Part shown: positions 31,454 through 41,883 of the stretch, in pieces | Layout of the letters: each line of letters opens with the position of its first letter | Numbering within the stretch: position 1 is the stretch's first letter | Source: Wickerhamiella versatilis | Lineage: Eukaryota | Assembly: GCA_030867685.1 (NCBI GenBank) | Contig: JAQOWU010000008.1 | Coordinates: 3,348,001-3,412,000, forward strand | Direction: 5' to 3' | DNA: 64,000 nt | Notes under the pieces: model-generated | The model's database searches: none | Told to the model about the DNA's origin: nothing | The model's input: the letters and a program-made list of their open reading frames with translations, nothing else | Position numbers and translations under genes: made by a program

Positions 31454-33553
31454 ATGGCTAATTCCGATGAGGATTTAGATTCTCGCGCTGTCAGTGAGAC
31501 GTTTCCTCGTCTAATAGCAACAGGCAATAGTAATTCGAACCGTCAAGGAATCGCAAAGCTTGAACCGCGAACGGTTCAAAACAAACGCGAATCTTCATTG
31601 TGGGACCATAGTCAACACCCGCAGAAAAAAGCTGCCAGTAACACGGCTGTTACCTCTCTGAAAATCCAAGATGCTTTTGGAAAGCCAATTTCATTGGCTA
31701 ACATAGTACATGATGATGCAGCTGATCTGCCTCATAAATTTGAAGAAGCACAAAATGCTGTGGAAGATTTCTTCACAGTCCCCCCTGAAAGGTGGTTCGT
31801 TGAGTATCCGACGCTCCTTGAAGATCTTGATCTAATTGTCAAACATGGGGAGTCTCGTAAACTGTGGGAAGCGATTGAGGGAATCCTTGAGCGATGGTCA
31901 CATGTAATCGCCGAAGGGCTTTTAGATGTCGCTCGTGAAACTCCACAGGACTTTATAAGATCTATTTGTTTACATTTTCACAATTGGAGTGCACGTACTC
32001 AGCTATTAGGCGGCTACCTTGCTATCATAGAAGGAAGGTTTCTCAGGCCTCGGCATGGTAAGACAATACCGCATATTGCCATGTCAATATTCGTAAAAAA
32101 TGTCTTGATAGTTCCTGAGGTGAAGGAGACTATACTCGAAGTTATAAATTCCGAGTTTAACAGATGGCTTACAGCTACTGAGTTTGTGGATCTAGTAGCA
32201 ATGGGCGAGTTGGTGCGAGTCTATACAAAGGCGAAAGATATTCTTAAGCGCGAATCTCCTAATACAATATCTGACAAACTTGACCTCAATCCTTATCGAT
32301 GGATCAGCAGTATATGCATAAATGTACTAATGGACCAGCTTAACCCGCAGAGGGGACCGAACCCTGCTGCGATATTAAATGACTGGGTTGATAGGTACCA
32401 CAAGGTAATTCGGTTGATGAATCATGCAGCAGAACAAATGGAACTGAAGCAACTTGGCCAGTATGCCGAATTCTCAAGACTTCTTTTCGCTCATACTTGG
32501 TTCTCAAGGATGAAGCCACTACTTGCTGCGGCAATACTTGAGCCTAATGGGAGCGAGCAACTGTGCGATGTAGTAAGTGTTCTTACGGAGATGGAAGGCA
32601 CGAAGGCCCTCATTGAGGACTTTCTTTTGGGATTGCTCGGTATGGTTTGTGATGTCGTAAAGGATCCAGCACTACAATTACGCCCTGGACAAGGCACACA
32701 TTTGGCACTGAATCTTTATCGAACAATCGGAATCTCTCTGAGGGGCAACAATCTTTTGCCTTGGGAGCATTTCTCTGAGCGTTGCTGGAAATTAATTACA
32801 GACAAGCTTCCTGATGCACATTCGGGTTTAATTGATGTATTATTGAATCTTGTTAATGCATCGCTTGCGGATGAGAACATAGAGAGTCATCTGGAAACAC
32901 TTAAACCCCTTCTGAGACAACTGCGCGAATCTGATGAAAAAATTGGATGGGCTTTTGCTGGGCGAATGGCCATTCATCTACTACCAAAACGGTATGGACA
33001 TTTCAGTGAAAGAGGAGAACTTGCCCTTATTAACAGAATGGCAGCAGATTTAGGGCAAAACTTCCTGTGGCGAGTTCGTGTTATGACAGAAGATCTGCGG
33101 CTTCAGCAGAATGCACCGAATGTGCTATATGTCAATCCAGTAGCTTGGCCAGTTTCAGAAATGGATAAGGAAAAATCAAACTCATTTGGTGATGAAATGG
33201 AAACTAGATTCAATCATCTCAATCAATATGCAGCTGATCCTACGAAAAAAGCTACCTTGCATCTAAATTGGACTATAGTTCATGCCACAATTGGAGCACT
33301 AAATATCGTTTGTACTGGAACTCAGTTTATGGTACTAAAGGCTTTGTGTGCCGGCCCACACACCCTTAAGAGCCTAGAAGATGCGACTGGAATTGAAGGT
33401 ATTGTTCTTGCTGCCGCTATTCTCGATATATTCAAGAATTCGAATAGACTTCTCGGTAAGTCTGACAATGGCTCTTATTTTTTACATGATGGCATTGTGG
33501 AACCTCAAGCTATTAATACGGCTCAACTCCGCGTATCACATTGCCCTGATTAA
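31454..33553 (+). CDS. Highly divergent cullin-like protein
   Basis: Cullin-repeat-like HNWSARTQLLGGYLAIIEGRFL; cullin-homology-like FAGRMAIHLL...GELALINRMAADLGQNFLWRVRVMTEDL, VLYVNPVAWP, LHLNW, CTGTQFMVL. Confidence 0.7.
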   Translation: MANSDEDLDSRAVSETFPRLIATGNSNSNRQGIAKLEPRTVQNKRESSLWDHSQHPQKKAASNTAVTSLKIQDAFGKPISLANIVHDDAADLPHKFEEAQNAVEDFFTVPPERWFVEYPTLLEDLDLIVKHGESRKLWEAIEGILERWSHVIAEGLLDVARETPQDFIRSICLHFHNWSARTQLLGGYLAIIEGRFLRPRHGKTIPHIAMSIFVKNVLIVPEVKETILEVINSEFNRWLTATEFVDLVAMGELVRVYTKAKDILKRESPNTISDKLDLNPYRWISSICINVLMDQLNPQRGPNPAAILNDWVDRYHKVIRLMNHAAEQMELKQLGQYAEFSRLLFAHTWFSRMKPLLAAAILEPNGSEQLCDVVSVLTEMEGTKALIEDFLLGLLGMVCDVVKDPALQLRPGQGTHLALNLYRTIGISLRGNNLLPWEHFSERCWKLITDKLPDAHSGLIDVLLNLVNASLADENIESHLETLKPLLRQLRESDEKIGWAFAGRMAIHLLPKRYGHFSERGELALINRMAADLGQNFLWRVRVMTEDLRLQQNAPNVLYVNPVAWPVSEMDKEKSNSFGDEMETRFNHLNQYAADPTKKATLHLNWTIVHATIGALNIVCTGTQFMVLKALCAGPHTLKSLEDATGIEGIVLAAAILDIFKNSNRLLGKSDNGSYFLHDGIVEPQAINTAQLRVSHCPD

Positions 33554-33680
33554 CCAAAAACTTTGATTTCTGGAACGCAGTATTCTGCCAGACCGATTTA
33601 AAAGATAAAAATCGTTACGCTTTATTCTTCTAAGATGAATTATATATGTATAAATGTGTCCAATGCGCTTGATGAATTTA

Positions 33681-35576
33681 CTATTCTGCCTCAAAAATAG
33701 CATATGCGTTGATCAAAATAGTTTCAATAACCCTGGACTGAACTGCCATTTCTCCAACATTGGTATAATCGGTATCCATTAGCGTGGGACCCCATACAAT
33801 TCCCAAATTCGAGACTGTCATACGATTTACAGAATCGCGTTCCTGAACACGGTAGAGATGGAAAACCAGATATCGCAGCGTCGTATAATTTGGATCCGGT
33901 AACTTATTGATTATGAGGTGAATGGTATCACGACGGCGAATATCGTCCTTTATATTCGCAGCATTTATAAACTCTCGATGGAAATCTTTCGTTAGCAAGG
34001 GATCGGGTAGAGCCTGGAAATACTGCTTAAGTGCTGACGCAACGCTGTGGATATCATTTACAGATTCATTAGGCCGGAGCAAATCTACCGCGGAGGCATT
34101 TATATCGAACTCGCGACGAATTTCCTGAACCTGCAGGCTGTTTCCATTAGTACGATAGATACCCTCGACTTCCAGACCAAAATTATCAATGGCCTGAACG
34201 CACTGATATACTATTCTGGGTACAGTACCTTCTTCATAGTCAAGAAGCTCATCCAATGGGACGCCAAACACAGCAAGCCCATGCTTTGACGGATCATACA
34301 TCTCAACATCTGATTTTTTTTCCTCTTCGCTGTCATCATCTTCATCCGGCATTGGTGATGGCACAACCGGGCTCTGGTTTTGAGTACCACTAGGTTTTCT
34401 GGAGGATGCGCTCCCACTATGAGATTGTAGGACAGGTCCAGTTTTAGCTGTCCCAGAAGATACCATCAAAGATGGTGATGGAACACTGCTACCGCTGGAT
34501 TGACGGTCGCGTTGATCTGGTTTAGGGAGGTCAAGTTTCGTGACTGGAGCTGGTGAGGAGATTGTTTTGTTAGCCTTGGAACTAGTGTTTGTGACTGGCC
34601 CTCCAAGTGTGGGATGTTTTCGGAACTCTACCAGTGGCCGGTTTAGTTGCGGCTTTTGCTTTGGAATACCCCACACATGATTATAGTAGTCAAGTTCAGA
34701 GTCAATCTTGCAAGCCATCTCCTTGACACTGAGATTCGCGGTGGGCGAATTTTTGGGCTTGATTGGTGAAATTACAAAACCACGATTGAGTTGCAAAGTT
34801 TCACAGAGACTAGTGTATCTCAAAACTTGAAGCGATAAAGCTTGATCGCATTCCAAAATCAAATTCTGCAAAGTGCGCACACTCTCCACACGCAATTTCT
34901 CAGTTAATTCTCTTCTCATTCGCTGCACAGTGTCCACTTTTTGCTGATAATCCACTTCAGCAACAGTCATTCGGCGGTGTAGATCCTCTTCGCTCTTCGG
35001 TTTGAAACCCAGCTTCTTCGACGGATCACCAGTTCTCACGCGATCGAGTTCTTCGCATATTGAATCATATTTACTCTTCGATTTTTCTGCATTATGCTCA
35101 GCATCCAGGAGATTTTTCTCGTGACGTAACGCCGTTTCCTTTGTTGTCTTGCGTTGACGATCAATGGATTTGACGAGCTCATTAAGCTCATCATGAATGC
35201 GATGCATTGAATCGAGAAAGGTGTTCCCCGCATCACCTACACGGTCAGTTGCCTTGATAATATTCAAGATCTGAGTTTGGAAGGTTCCCTTCTTCATTTC
35301 TGGACGCTTGAAGGCATCCGTCATAAGCCTGGCAGTTTTCTTTTGTGAAGCACTATGCTCGGCCTCAACTGCTGCTGTTCGCTTGATATAAAGAGCAAAT
35401 TCCTTGCAGGTAACTACAGATTGCTTCAGGCGCGAGAGGAGTGACTCCACGCCCACATCCGAGAGTAAGACTTCTTTCAACCGCGGATCTGTTAGAAGAT
35501 AGGCGGAATTTGCCGGCTGTTGTGCCTTATCCGCCTCATTTTGCGAGGTACTTACTGGTACTTCTCCATCCACCAT
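33681..35576 (-). CDS. RGD1: F-BAR + RhoGAP protein
   Basis: VLLSDVGVESLLSRLKQSVVTCKEFA (F-BAR), FGVPL, VEGIYRTNG, HSVASALKQYF, NRMTVSNLGIVWGPTLM. Confidence 0.9.
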   Translation of the reverse strand: MVDGEVPVSTSQNEADKAQQPANSAYLLTDPRLKEVLLSDVGVESLLSRLKQSVVTCKEFALYIKRTAAVEAEHSASQKKTARLMTDAFKRPEMKKGTFQTQILNIIKATDRVGDAGNTFLDSMHRIHDELNELVKSIDRQRKTTKETALRHEKNLLDAEHNAEKSKSKYDSICEELDRVRTGDPSKKLGFKPKSEEDLHRRMTVAEVDYQQKVDTVQRMRRELTEKLRVESVRTLQNLILECDQALSLQVLRYTSLCETLQLNRGFVISPIKPKNSPTANLSVKEMACKIDSELDYYNHVWGIPKQKPQLNRPLVEFRKHPTLGGPVTNTSSKANKTISSPAPVTKLDLPKPDQRDRQSSGSSVPSPSLMVSSGTAKTGPVLQSHSGSASSRKPSGTQNQSPVVPSPMPDEDDDSEEEKKSDVEMYDPSKHGLAVFGVPLDELLDYEEGTVPRIVYQCVQAIDNFGLEVEGIYRTNGNSLQVQEIRREFDINASAVDLLRPNESVNDIHSVASALKQYFQALPDPLLTKDFHREFINAANIKDDIRRRDTIHLIINKLPDPNYTTLRYLVFHLYRVQERDSVNRMTVSNLGIVWGPTLMDTDYTNVGEMAVQSRVIETILINAYAIFEAE

Positions 35577-35798
35577 GGCAAATGGTTGTTTAGATAATCA
35601 AGACGCGTCTCACTTTACATTCGATCGTGATAAATTTAGATGAAACAGTAAAATCAGGATCAAAAAGTACCATCAATCGAATTGATTTTATTAAGTCGCG
35701 TTTTTTTTCGGTTTTTTAGCCATAGTTGCTTTTTTCCTATCAGCTTATTTTTAGCTTACAAAATATTCGAAATCTTCTCTCTAGGGCTAACACACCAA

Positions 35799-36353
35799 AT
35801 GCCTAAAGTATTGAGCAAAAAAGAACGTCGGGCGCAAAAATTCAAGGAGGGACCAGCGGCACGGCAAGAAGAACGACGTGAAAAGCAAGTAGAAAGACAG
35901 ACGAAGGAGGCAAAAAAACCAAAAGCCCCTCCTCGCTTCTTACTATTTGTAGGAAATTTGCCCTACGATGTTAGCGAAGAGGAAATCCGTAAACATTTTG
36001 AGCCAACCGTTATATCTCAAATAAGGATCCGGTCTGATAAGGGAATAGCATTTTTGGAATTCAGCGGAGACGATGCAAGTGTACGCTTGTACCATGCTTT
36101 GAAATTCCACCACTCTCGACTGCGAAATCGTAAGATTAATGTGGAGCTGACGGCAGGAGGTGGGGGAAATACCAAAGCACGTTTGGCCAAGCTGCGCGAA
36201 AAGAATGAGACGATTCAAAAAGAGCTTGCTGAATCAAAGGCGGGGAATACTTCATCTCAGAAAAAGGAGTCATCCAAGGAAGCAAAAGAGTCCTCAGCCG
36301 CAAAATCTCATTCTAACGTTCATCCCGACCGGCTTAAGAATATCCAGAATTGA
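35799..36353 (+). CDS. NOP6: Nucleolar RRM protein Nop6
   Basis: RFLLFVGNLPY, KGIAFLEF, RKINVELTAGGGGN, terminal VHPDRL. Confidence 0.9.
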   Translation: MPKVLSKKERRAQKFKEGPAARQEERREKQVERQTKEAKKPKAPPRFLLFVGNLPYDVSEEEIRKHFEPTVISQIRIRSDKGIAFLEFSGDDASVRLYHALKFHHSRLRNRKINVELTAGGGGNTKARLAKLREKNETIQKELAESKAGNTSSQKKESSKEAKESSAAKSHSNVHPDRLKNIQN

Positions 36354-36382
36354 ATGTTTGTGGTTTACTAAGCACATTTTAC

Positions 36383-37696
36383 ATGGAGTGCTACGACGAT
36401 GATTTTGGCACTCTAAAAGCACAGACTGTCAAGAGTGGTAAACCTAGTCTTGCAATGTGGCAGGATGAGAATTATAATGACAGTTTTGAAGTCGATGGTG
36501 AGCTAACTCTTCGTAAGAACAAACCCGACGTTGGTGGAACTGAAAGTGATTTTGAGGATGATTTCGACATACCACGTCAAGGTCTTACACTTCGAAAAAC
36601 TATTCCAGACCAATATCCTATAGAGCCGCCGTCTCCAGGTTCGCTATCCTCCCCATCAAGGGTAAGCGTCAGCAGCTCAGCATCCAGCCGACCGTCAGTA
36701 ATGGATGATAATGAATTTGATCTTGATACTGATCTTGATCTCGCAGCTAGGTACAAGCAGCATCAAAGTCGGCTTGCAGATGAAAGGAAGCGTGAAGCAG
36801 CCTTACAAGCTAAAACCGTTCGCCGAAAACCCCATCATCAGTGGGATGAAGATGAAGACATCGAAACAGGTCTCGAATTAGAGATGGGTGGCCTCACTCT
36901 GAACAGAAATACCATTAATAAAAATGTAAGGCCTCGGCAACCAATGCGAAGGTCTGTTCGTGCAGCGCAATCTAGCTTAGAGTTGCGAAGTAGGCCCCAG
37001 ATCCGAGCAGCGAAATCCATGGCATCTATGGCCAACCTTCGATTTTCGCGTTTTAATGACGAACAGCTTCGCACTCCGCGTAAAGTAACTCGTAGTATTC
37101 CAAAGAAACCTTCACTGAAAGCATACCAGGACCAAGATTTACACGTGCCGACCAAACCGAGAAAGCCGCGTCTAATTCACAAAACTTCGCGACAACTCAC
37201 TAGTCAAGAGCAAAATGGTATGAGACTCAATCCTGAAACAGGTGTATGGGAAGGAAATGATCTTGATCTGCACAGGTTTCAATCTGAAGATCGTTTGCCT
37301 AAGTTAATTCAACCTGGCGAAATCCCAAATAGAGAAGCTGCTGCTCTTGGTGGTATGCAGTTTGACAGCAAAAATCTCTGCTGGGTGATGCCTTCAGGAA
37401 GATATGAAGACGATCCGTTTGAGGGACTCGATGATTTGCCTACAACTTCTTCGAGTGGCCCCAGAAGTCTCACGGCATCGACAGCTAGTACTGCAAGCGT
37501 AGCCTCAAGCGTAGGCCGTCCTGAAAACTCCGATAGTGACGTTTTTACGTTGAGTACTAATGAGATTAAAGCATGGGAACGCGAGGACTTACGCTTTATG
37601 CGAAAATTCGGCAGCTGGGTGAAGCTGTCTACTGAGAGCCATGCAGAATTTGGTTCTGATGCTAATGATCTTTATTATCTGCTGCGTATGGTATGA
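36383..37696 (+). CDS. BFA1: Mitotic exit network GAP component, Bfa1/Byr4 family
   Basis: Two imperfect repeats GMRLNPETGVWEGND and GMQFDSKNLCW, then EDDPFEGLDDL and W..E...F...W near the C-terminus. Confidence 0.8.
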   Translation: MECYDDDFGTLKAQTVKSGKPSLAMWQDENYNDSFEVDGELTLRKNKPDVGGTESDFEDDFDIPRQGLTLRKTIPDQYPIEPPSPGSLSSPSRVSVSSSASSRPSVMDDNEFDLDTDLDLAARYKQHQSRLADERKREAALQAKTVRRKPHHQWDEDEDIETGLELEMGGLTLNRNTINKNVRPRQPMRRSVRAAQSSLELRSRPQIRAAKSMASMANLRFSRFNDEQLRTPRKVTRSIPKKPSLKAYQDQDLHVPTKPRKPRLIHKTSRQLTSQEQNGMRLNPETGVWEGNDLDLHRFQSEDRLPKLIQPGEIPNREAAALGGMQFDSKNLCWVMPSGRYEDDPFEGLDDLPTTSSSGPRSLTASTASTASVASSVGRPENSDSDVFTLSTNEIKAWEREDLRFMRKFGSWVKLSTESHAEFGSDANDLYYLLRMV

Positions 37697-38196
37697 AAAA
37701 CTCTTTTCATTATTTATTTATTACAGGATAGGTTAACGTTATATACTTAAAATATTTTGAAGCCTTGTTGCGTCAATGTATATGTTGAGTTTCACTCTCT
37801 TTGAAGGGGAAAAAAGTAAGTTATGATATATGTGTGTAGCTTCTAAGTTGTCATGATTTTAGAGACTTTTTTTTAATCTTAATATACATATCCAGCACAT
37901 GCCGGCGGGGAGTTGAATCTTTTTACATGCTAAAGTGCTTTGATGGGCATTATAATCAACAAAATAATCAGAATATGGACTTTAGCACTCGTGAATATGG
38001 ATTTGTGTCTTTTTAAAGGGCTACTTTTTGATCGACTTATAAAACAGAACAAGGTTACCAACTAAATAAAGCAGAATTCGAAACCAAATACCAAATTTTT
38101 TTATTATGTGGAATTATTGTTCAACTTTTTTGAAGTGAATTAACCTTCATTATAATCGTTATCATAATCATCATAAATATTGCACCATAATCTGGA

Positions 38197-38640
38197 TTAA
38201 TATGCAGGCCGATATGCAGTCCTCACAGACCACTGTTTTGCCAATATATAATAGTGGGCAATCGCAACGTACAGAATCATTCCGAAAATTGGTAAACAGG
38301 CCAAAATTAAGAGCCAGAAATAGAGGCTTGAATCTTGCTTTTTTTCCAGCTTTAGTGGATGCACAGGTTCTCTTTTGTGCTTCATCGCATTAACCGATAT
38401 GGTTCCAATCTTGTTATAGGCTGGCTTTGAAATTTGATTATTATTACGGGACTTTGTGGGACGACTGGTGTGACCTTTTTCTGGCAGAACATTACGAGCG
38501 CGTTCCAAAGCAGATTTATATATCATTGCTCTATCCAGAAGCTCAGTACACATCTCCTCGGCATTAGCATCTGACTTTGCACTCTTTGCCCCTTCTAGGA
38601 ACGCGCGTCGAAGAATGGGCGGCGCGGGCGATTTGCCCAT
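38197..38640 (-). CDS. Hypothetical 147-aa protein with one C-terminal transmembrane helix
   Basis: ATG-initiated ORF; hydrophobic LYFWLLILACLPIFGMILYVAIA near the C-terminus. Confidence 0.6.
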   Translation of the reverse strand: MGKSPAPPILRRAFLEGAKSAKSDANAEEMCTELLDRAMIYKSALERARNVLPEKGHTSRPTKSRNNNQISKPAYNKIGTISVNAMKHKREPVHPLKLEKKQDSSLYFWLLILACLPIFGMILYVAIAHYYILAKQWSVRTAYRPAY

Positions 38641-38655
38641 TTGATTATTAACTCA

Positions 38656-41600
38656 TTAGGACCATAAACTGCGGGACCAGAACTCACTCAGACGTTGATC
38701 AATTTCTGTCGGGGTAAGTCCAATTTTTTCAGCTATATCTGCACGTTCTGTGGTGCTCATGTTTTGGAACTTCCTACAGAAATCCATATCGACGACATTG
38801 CGAGGGGGTGCGTAATATCCTCGGAAACTTAGGTGGTCTCTACCCACTAGAGAAGTTCCCAAGTCTTCGCGGAGGTTTGATTCCATATTTGCCAGAAATT
38901 TATATTCACTGAGTGACTCAAAGGGAACGAATGCTCCTAGAGTGCCCTGAATCCCAGCATATACTACCACTTCAGTTCCACCGGGGATCAATGTGGTGCG
39001 GTATAAAGCAGTAATGGCATCATCCACGTAGAAGTGAGCCACTACCTTCATTTTGAAAGGGCATCCATTCAGGCGGCTCCTTTGCACCTCAATTATTTTT
39101 ATACCATGACTGTCCGTGCTCAAGTGCTCGGCATCGTGAGGGAGCCTTAAGACGCAAATGCTCCCAAACTTATCGCCACAAATCACTGTGGAGTGATCTA
39201 ATGTTTCCAAGAACGTTATAGCACGAGGTACCGGATCGTCTGCGACTGCTATAAGATCAATAAGTAGGACAATGTGCCGGCCCGCGCACACCCACACGTT
39301 CCTATCACGAGAAACTCTAATAAAAGTGATTATGCCTTGTAGAGAGACAGCTGCTTGTCTAAGTAGCTGTTTACGACCCAGACTAAATTTTACCAATTGA
39401 TCTCCCAGTCCAGCAAGTAGGTATCCTTTGTATGGAGCCAAGGCGTGGCACAAACTCTTCAAGGGTGTGTTATGTACAAATTCCAGTTCAGGACCTTCTG
39501 CAGTGCTACGATAAGCATAAATTCTAATCTCTTTGTCCACCGCGATGGCCAAGAACTCCTCAGAAGAGGATTCGAATCGGATATTACAGACAGCAGAGAT
39601 TGGAGCTGATAGTAATGTACGTCCTTCAGAATGCACACCATTCAAACCTATGCAGAGTTCCGAATTCGATCCAGTTGGTTTTATAACGCGCGTAATCAAT
39701 TCAGGAGTAGGATGCGTGGTTATTCTTAACGGTTGTGCCTGCGTCTTTAGGGTGAAAACACGCAAAGATTCATTTACAACAGCTAAAGCACCCCGTGGGC
39801 ATTGTGTACTCGAAAATGGCGCAACAGATGATAGAGGATCAGTATTAATAGCCAATAGTTCACCAAAAGACTTGGATAGCCAAGTTCTATTTGACGAAAT
39901 CATGACGCGGAGATTTGTATCTTCGACACTCAAGAAACTAGCTATTTTCGTAGGTTTGGACCCGGCAATCCTAGTGCAGACTTCTTCAATTGTACCAGTA
40001 CCATCATTCATTCTGCAGGCAACATAGGCACCGTTATCCAGTCCGATATGAAGGAGCCCGGATTCCATATAGAGTGATGTTGGCAAAGAGGATAAAACTT
40101 GTACCGCAACGGTTGAAAGAGGAGGATTTTCTAATGACAATATACGCAATGTAGAATCATCAAAGCCTACAGCTGCAAACTGAGACCTTACGCGTCCTTT
40201 AGGTACGGACCCAACGGCCAAGCACTCGAGTTTTTTCCCATCATATTTTGCAGGTTTTTGGTACTCTACAAGCATACCATCCTCATCAATCTCAAAGTAT
40301 ATAAGTCGAGAGTCGCTGAGCCCTACTAATACCTGACAGGAATTGAGAGCTGAACTGACGACTCTTGCAGATCCAGGTTTCCAGTCAACGCTTTTTTCAG
40401 AAGTGATCTGTCTGACACCATGTGAGTGGACTTGAACTACTGAATCCAAACCAACCTGATTAATATTTAAAGTCGGTGAGTTTGTCACGAAGCTGTGGTC
40501 AGAAGTTTCCTGAACATCCCCATCAGGGCTGACACCCAAAACCAACGTGCTCTCTTGAAAACTTAATAGGATATACTCATCATTAACAGAGCTTGACTTG
40601 GTTCGCACAGAAAATACATGCAAAGGGTGTGAGGGGAGTGGGGCATCTACCAAAAATGTTGGTACCAATCCTGCTTCTAATTTGCGTACGCCCGCACCAA
40701 TCGTTGTTAGACCAAAGTCACGCTTTGTACCAAAAGAACCTAATATAGGAGAAAGAGAGCTGACGGTTTCGACAAGACTAACATTCTCCAAGGACTTTCC
40801 AGGTGTAAATTCCTCGGCGCCATCAAGACCTAAAAACTGATAGAGCCCATGATCACCTATTTCACTGGCAGCATACAAAAAACCCGCTTTGAATATAGCG
40901 AAAGTCGTAGCTCTGGGGATATAGTCAAAGTATTCAACCTTCAGCGACTTTTGATAAGTGACTTTGAACAAACTACCATCAGCAGTTTGAACTAGTACGA
41001 AGAAGCTGGATCGCATCCTATGTACAGCAGCTGAGACAACATATTCGCGATTGGGAAGAATTGCTGCTTGGTACTCGTCTTCTAAACCGAAGTATTCCAG
41101 TTGACCAAATCCTCCCACCAAAACACCCGAAGGACCATCTCGGCCACCAGGTAATGATACCAGCACGTACGAGCTGTCATCCACGGGATTAGACTTACGT
41201 TTTGTTGTGTGATTTAGACCCAGATCCAATTCATATGTAGTTAACATTCTAGGACCGCCATGCTGCTGTTCTATACAGCAGAATTGGGGGTTAGCATAAC
41301 CAACATCCATGCCTAACATGCTGTATACGAACGTTTCGGGGCTGTTAACGACAATAGGAGAGTTCACTGATGCTCGATCACCGTCGCGGTTTACGACATA
41401 AACAAATTTAGTTTTTTCAAATGCCCCAATCATGCATGCTCTTCCTCGCGGATCAGCAGCTAAATACTCACCAGGAATACTTCGGCGAACACCAGTACGA
41501 CCATAAGGCTCGCAAACTTCCTGAGTCCAGCACTTTCCCTCATATTCATATTTCAATATCACAAAACAACCCGAGTCTGTACTTACCGCAAGCCTATCAT

Positions 41601-41832
41601 ACTTCTCACTGGGAAGCCGAATTGCCACAATGCTTCTGATGTTAGCGAATAAATTTTGACATGTTGTAAGTTCGATCTGACCTCGGTTGGCGTCAGGCCT
41701 CCGCATCTCAATCCAAGAGCCCTTTGCCATAACGATGAATTGCTCTTTGTCCAAGTTACACACAACAGCAGCCTTAATAGCATCAGTAGGCCTCAGAGTG
41801 GCATGCCATAAGGCAGGGACGTCCACATCCAT
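38656..41832 (-). CDS. RSE1: U2 snRNP SF3b subunit Rse1 (SF3B3)
   Basis: YGRTGVRRSIPGEYLAADPRGRACMIGA, DVGYANPQF, YELDLGLNH, GFLYAASEIGDH, GDKFG, LVGRDHLSFRGYYAP; ATG at 41832. Confidence 0.95.
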   Translation of the reverse strand: MDVDVPALWHATLRPTDAIKAAVVCNLDKEQFIVMAKGSWIEMRRPDANRGQIELTTCQNLFANIRSIVAIRLPSEKYDRLAVSTDSGCFVILKYEYEGKCWTQEVCEPYGRTGVRRSIPGEYLAADPRGRACMIGAFEKTKFVYVVNRDGDRASVNSPIVVNSPETFVYSMLGMDVGYANPQFCCIEQQHGGPRMLTTYELDLGLNHTTKRKSNPVDDSSYVLVSLPGGRDGPSGVLVGGFGQLEYFGLEDEYQAAILPNREYVVSAAVHRMRSSFFVLVQTADGSLFKVTYQKSLKVEYFDYIPRATTFAIFKAGFLYAASEIGDHGLYQFLGLDGAEEFTPGKSLENVSLVETVSSLSPILGSFGTKRDFGLTTIGAGVRKLEAGLVPTFLVDAPLPSHPLHVFSVRTKSSSVNDEYILLSFQESTLVLGVSPDGDVQETSDHSFVTNSPTLNINQVGLDSVVQVHSHGVRQITSEKSVDWKPGSARVVSSALNSCQVLVGLSDSRLIYFEIDEDGMLVEYQKPAKYDGKKLECLAVGSVPKGRVRSQFAAVGFDDSTLRILSLENPPLSTVAVQVLSSLPTSLYMESGLLHIGLDNGAYVACRMNDGTGTIEEVCTRIAGSKPTKIASFLSVEDTNLRVMISSNRTWLSKSFGELLAINTDPLSSVAPFSSTQCPRGALAVVNESLRVFTLKTQAQPLRITTHPTPELITRVIKPTGSNSELCIGLNGVHSEGRTLLSAPISAVCNIRFESSSEEFLAIAVDKEIRIYAYRSTAEGPELEFVHNTPLKSLCHALAPYKGYLLAGLGDQLVKFSLGRKQLLRQAAVSLQGIITFIRVSRDRNVWVCAGRHIVLLIDLIAVADDPVPRAITFLETLDHSTVICGDKFGSICVLRLPHDAEHLSTDSHGIKIIEVQRSRLNGCPFKMKVVAHFYVDDAITALYRTTLIPGGTEVVVYAGIQGTLGAFVPFESLSEYKFLANMESNLREDLGTSLVGRDHLSFRGYYAPPRNVVDMDFCRKFQNMSTTERADIAEKIGLTPTEIDQRLSEFWSRSLWS

Positions 41833-41875
41833 CGGTGTAAACGGCGGTCCCAAAGTCGACGCTGTAGGTAACCTA

Positions 41876-41883
41876 TCACGTGA
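41876..41883. promoter_or_regulatory. Palindromic TCACGTGA (Cbf1-type bHLH site) in the RSE1/RPS3 divergent promoter
   Basis: Exact 8-bp palindrome; function inferred only. Confidence 0.35.

Noticed and set aside
37889-37925. Minus-strand TTCAACTCCCCGCCGGCA resembling a tRNA T-arm and 3' end
   Set aside because: T stem and acceptor stem do not pair; no cloverleaf
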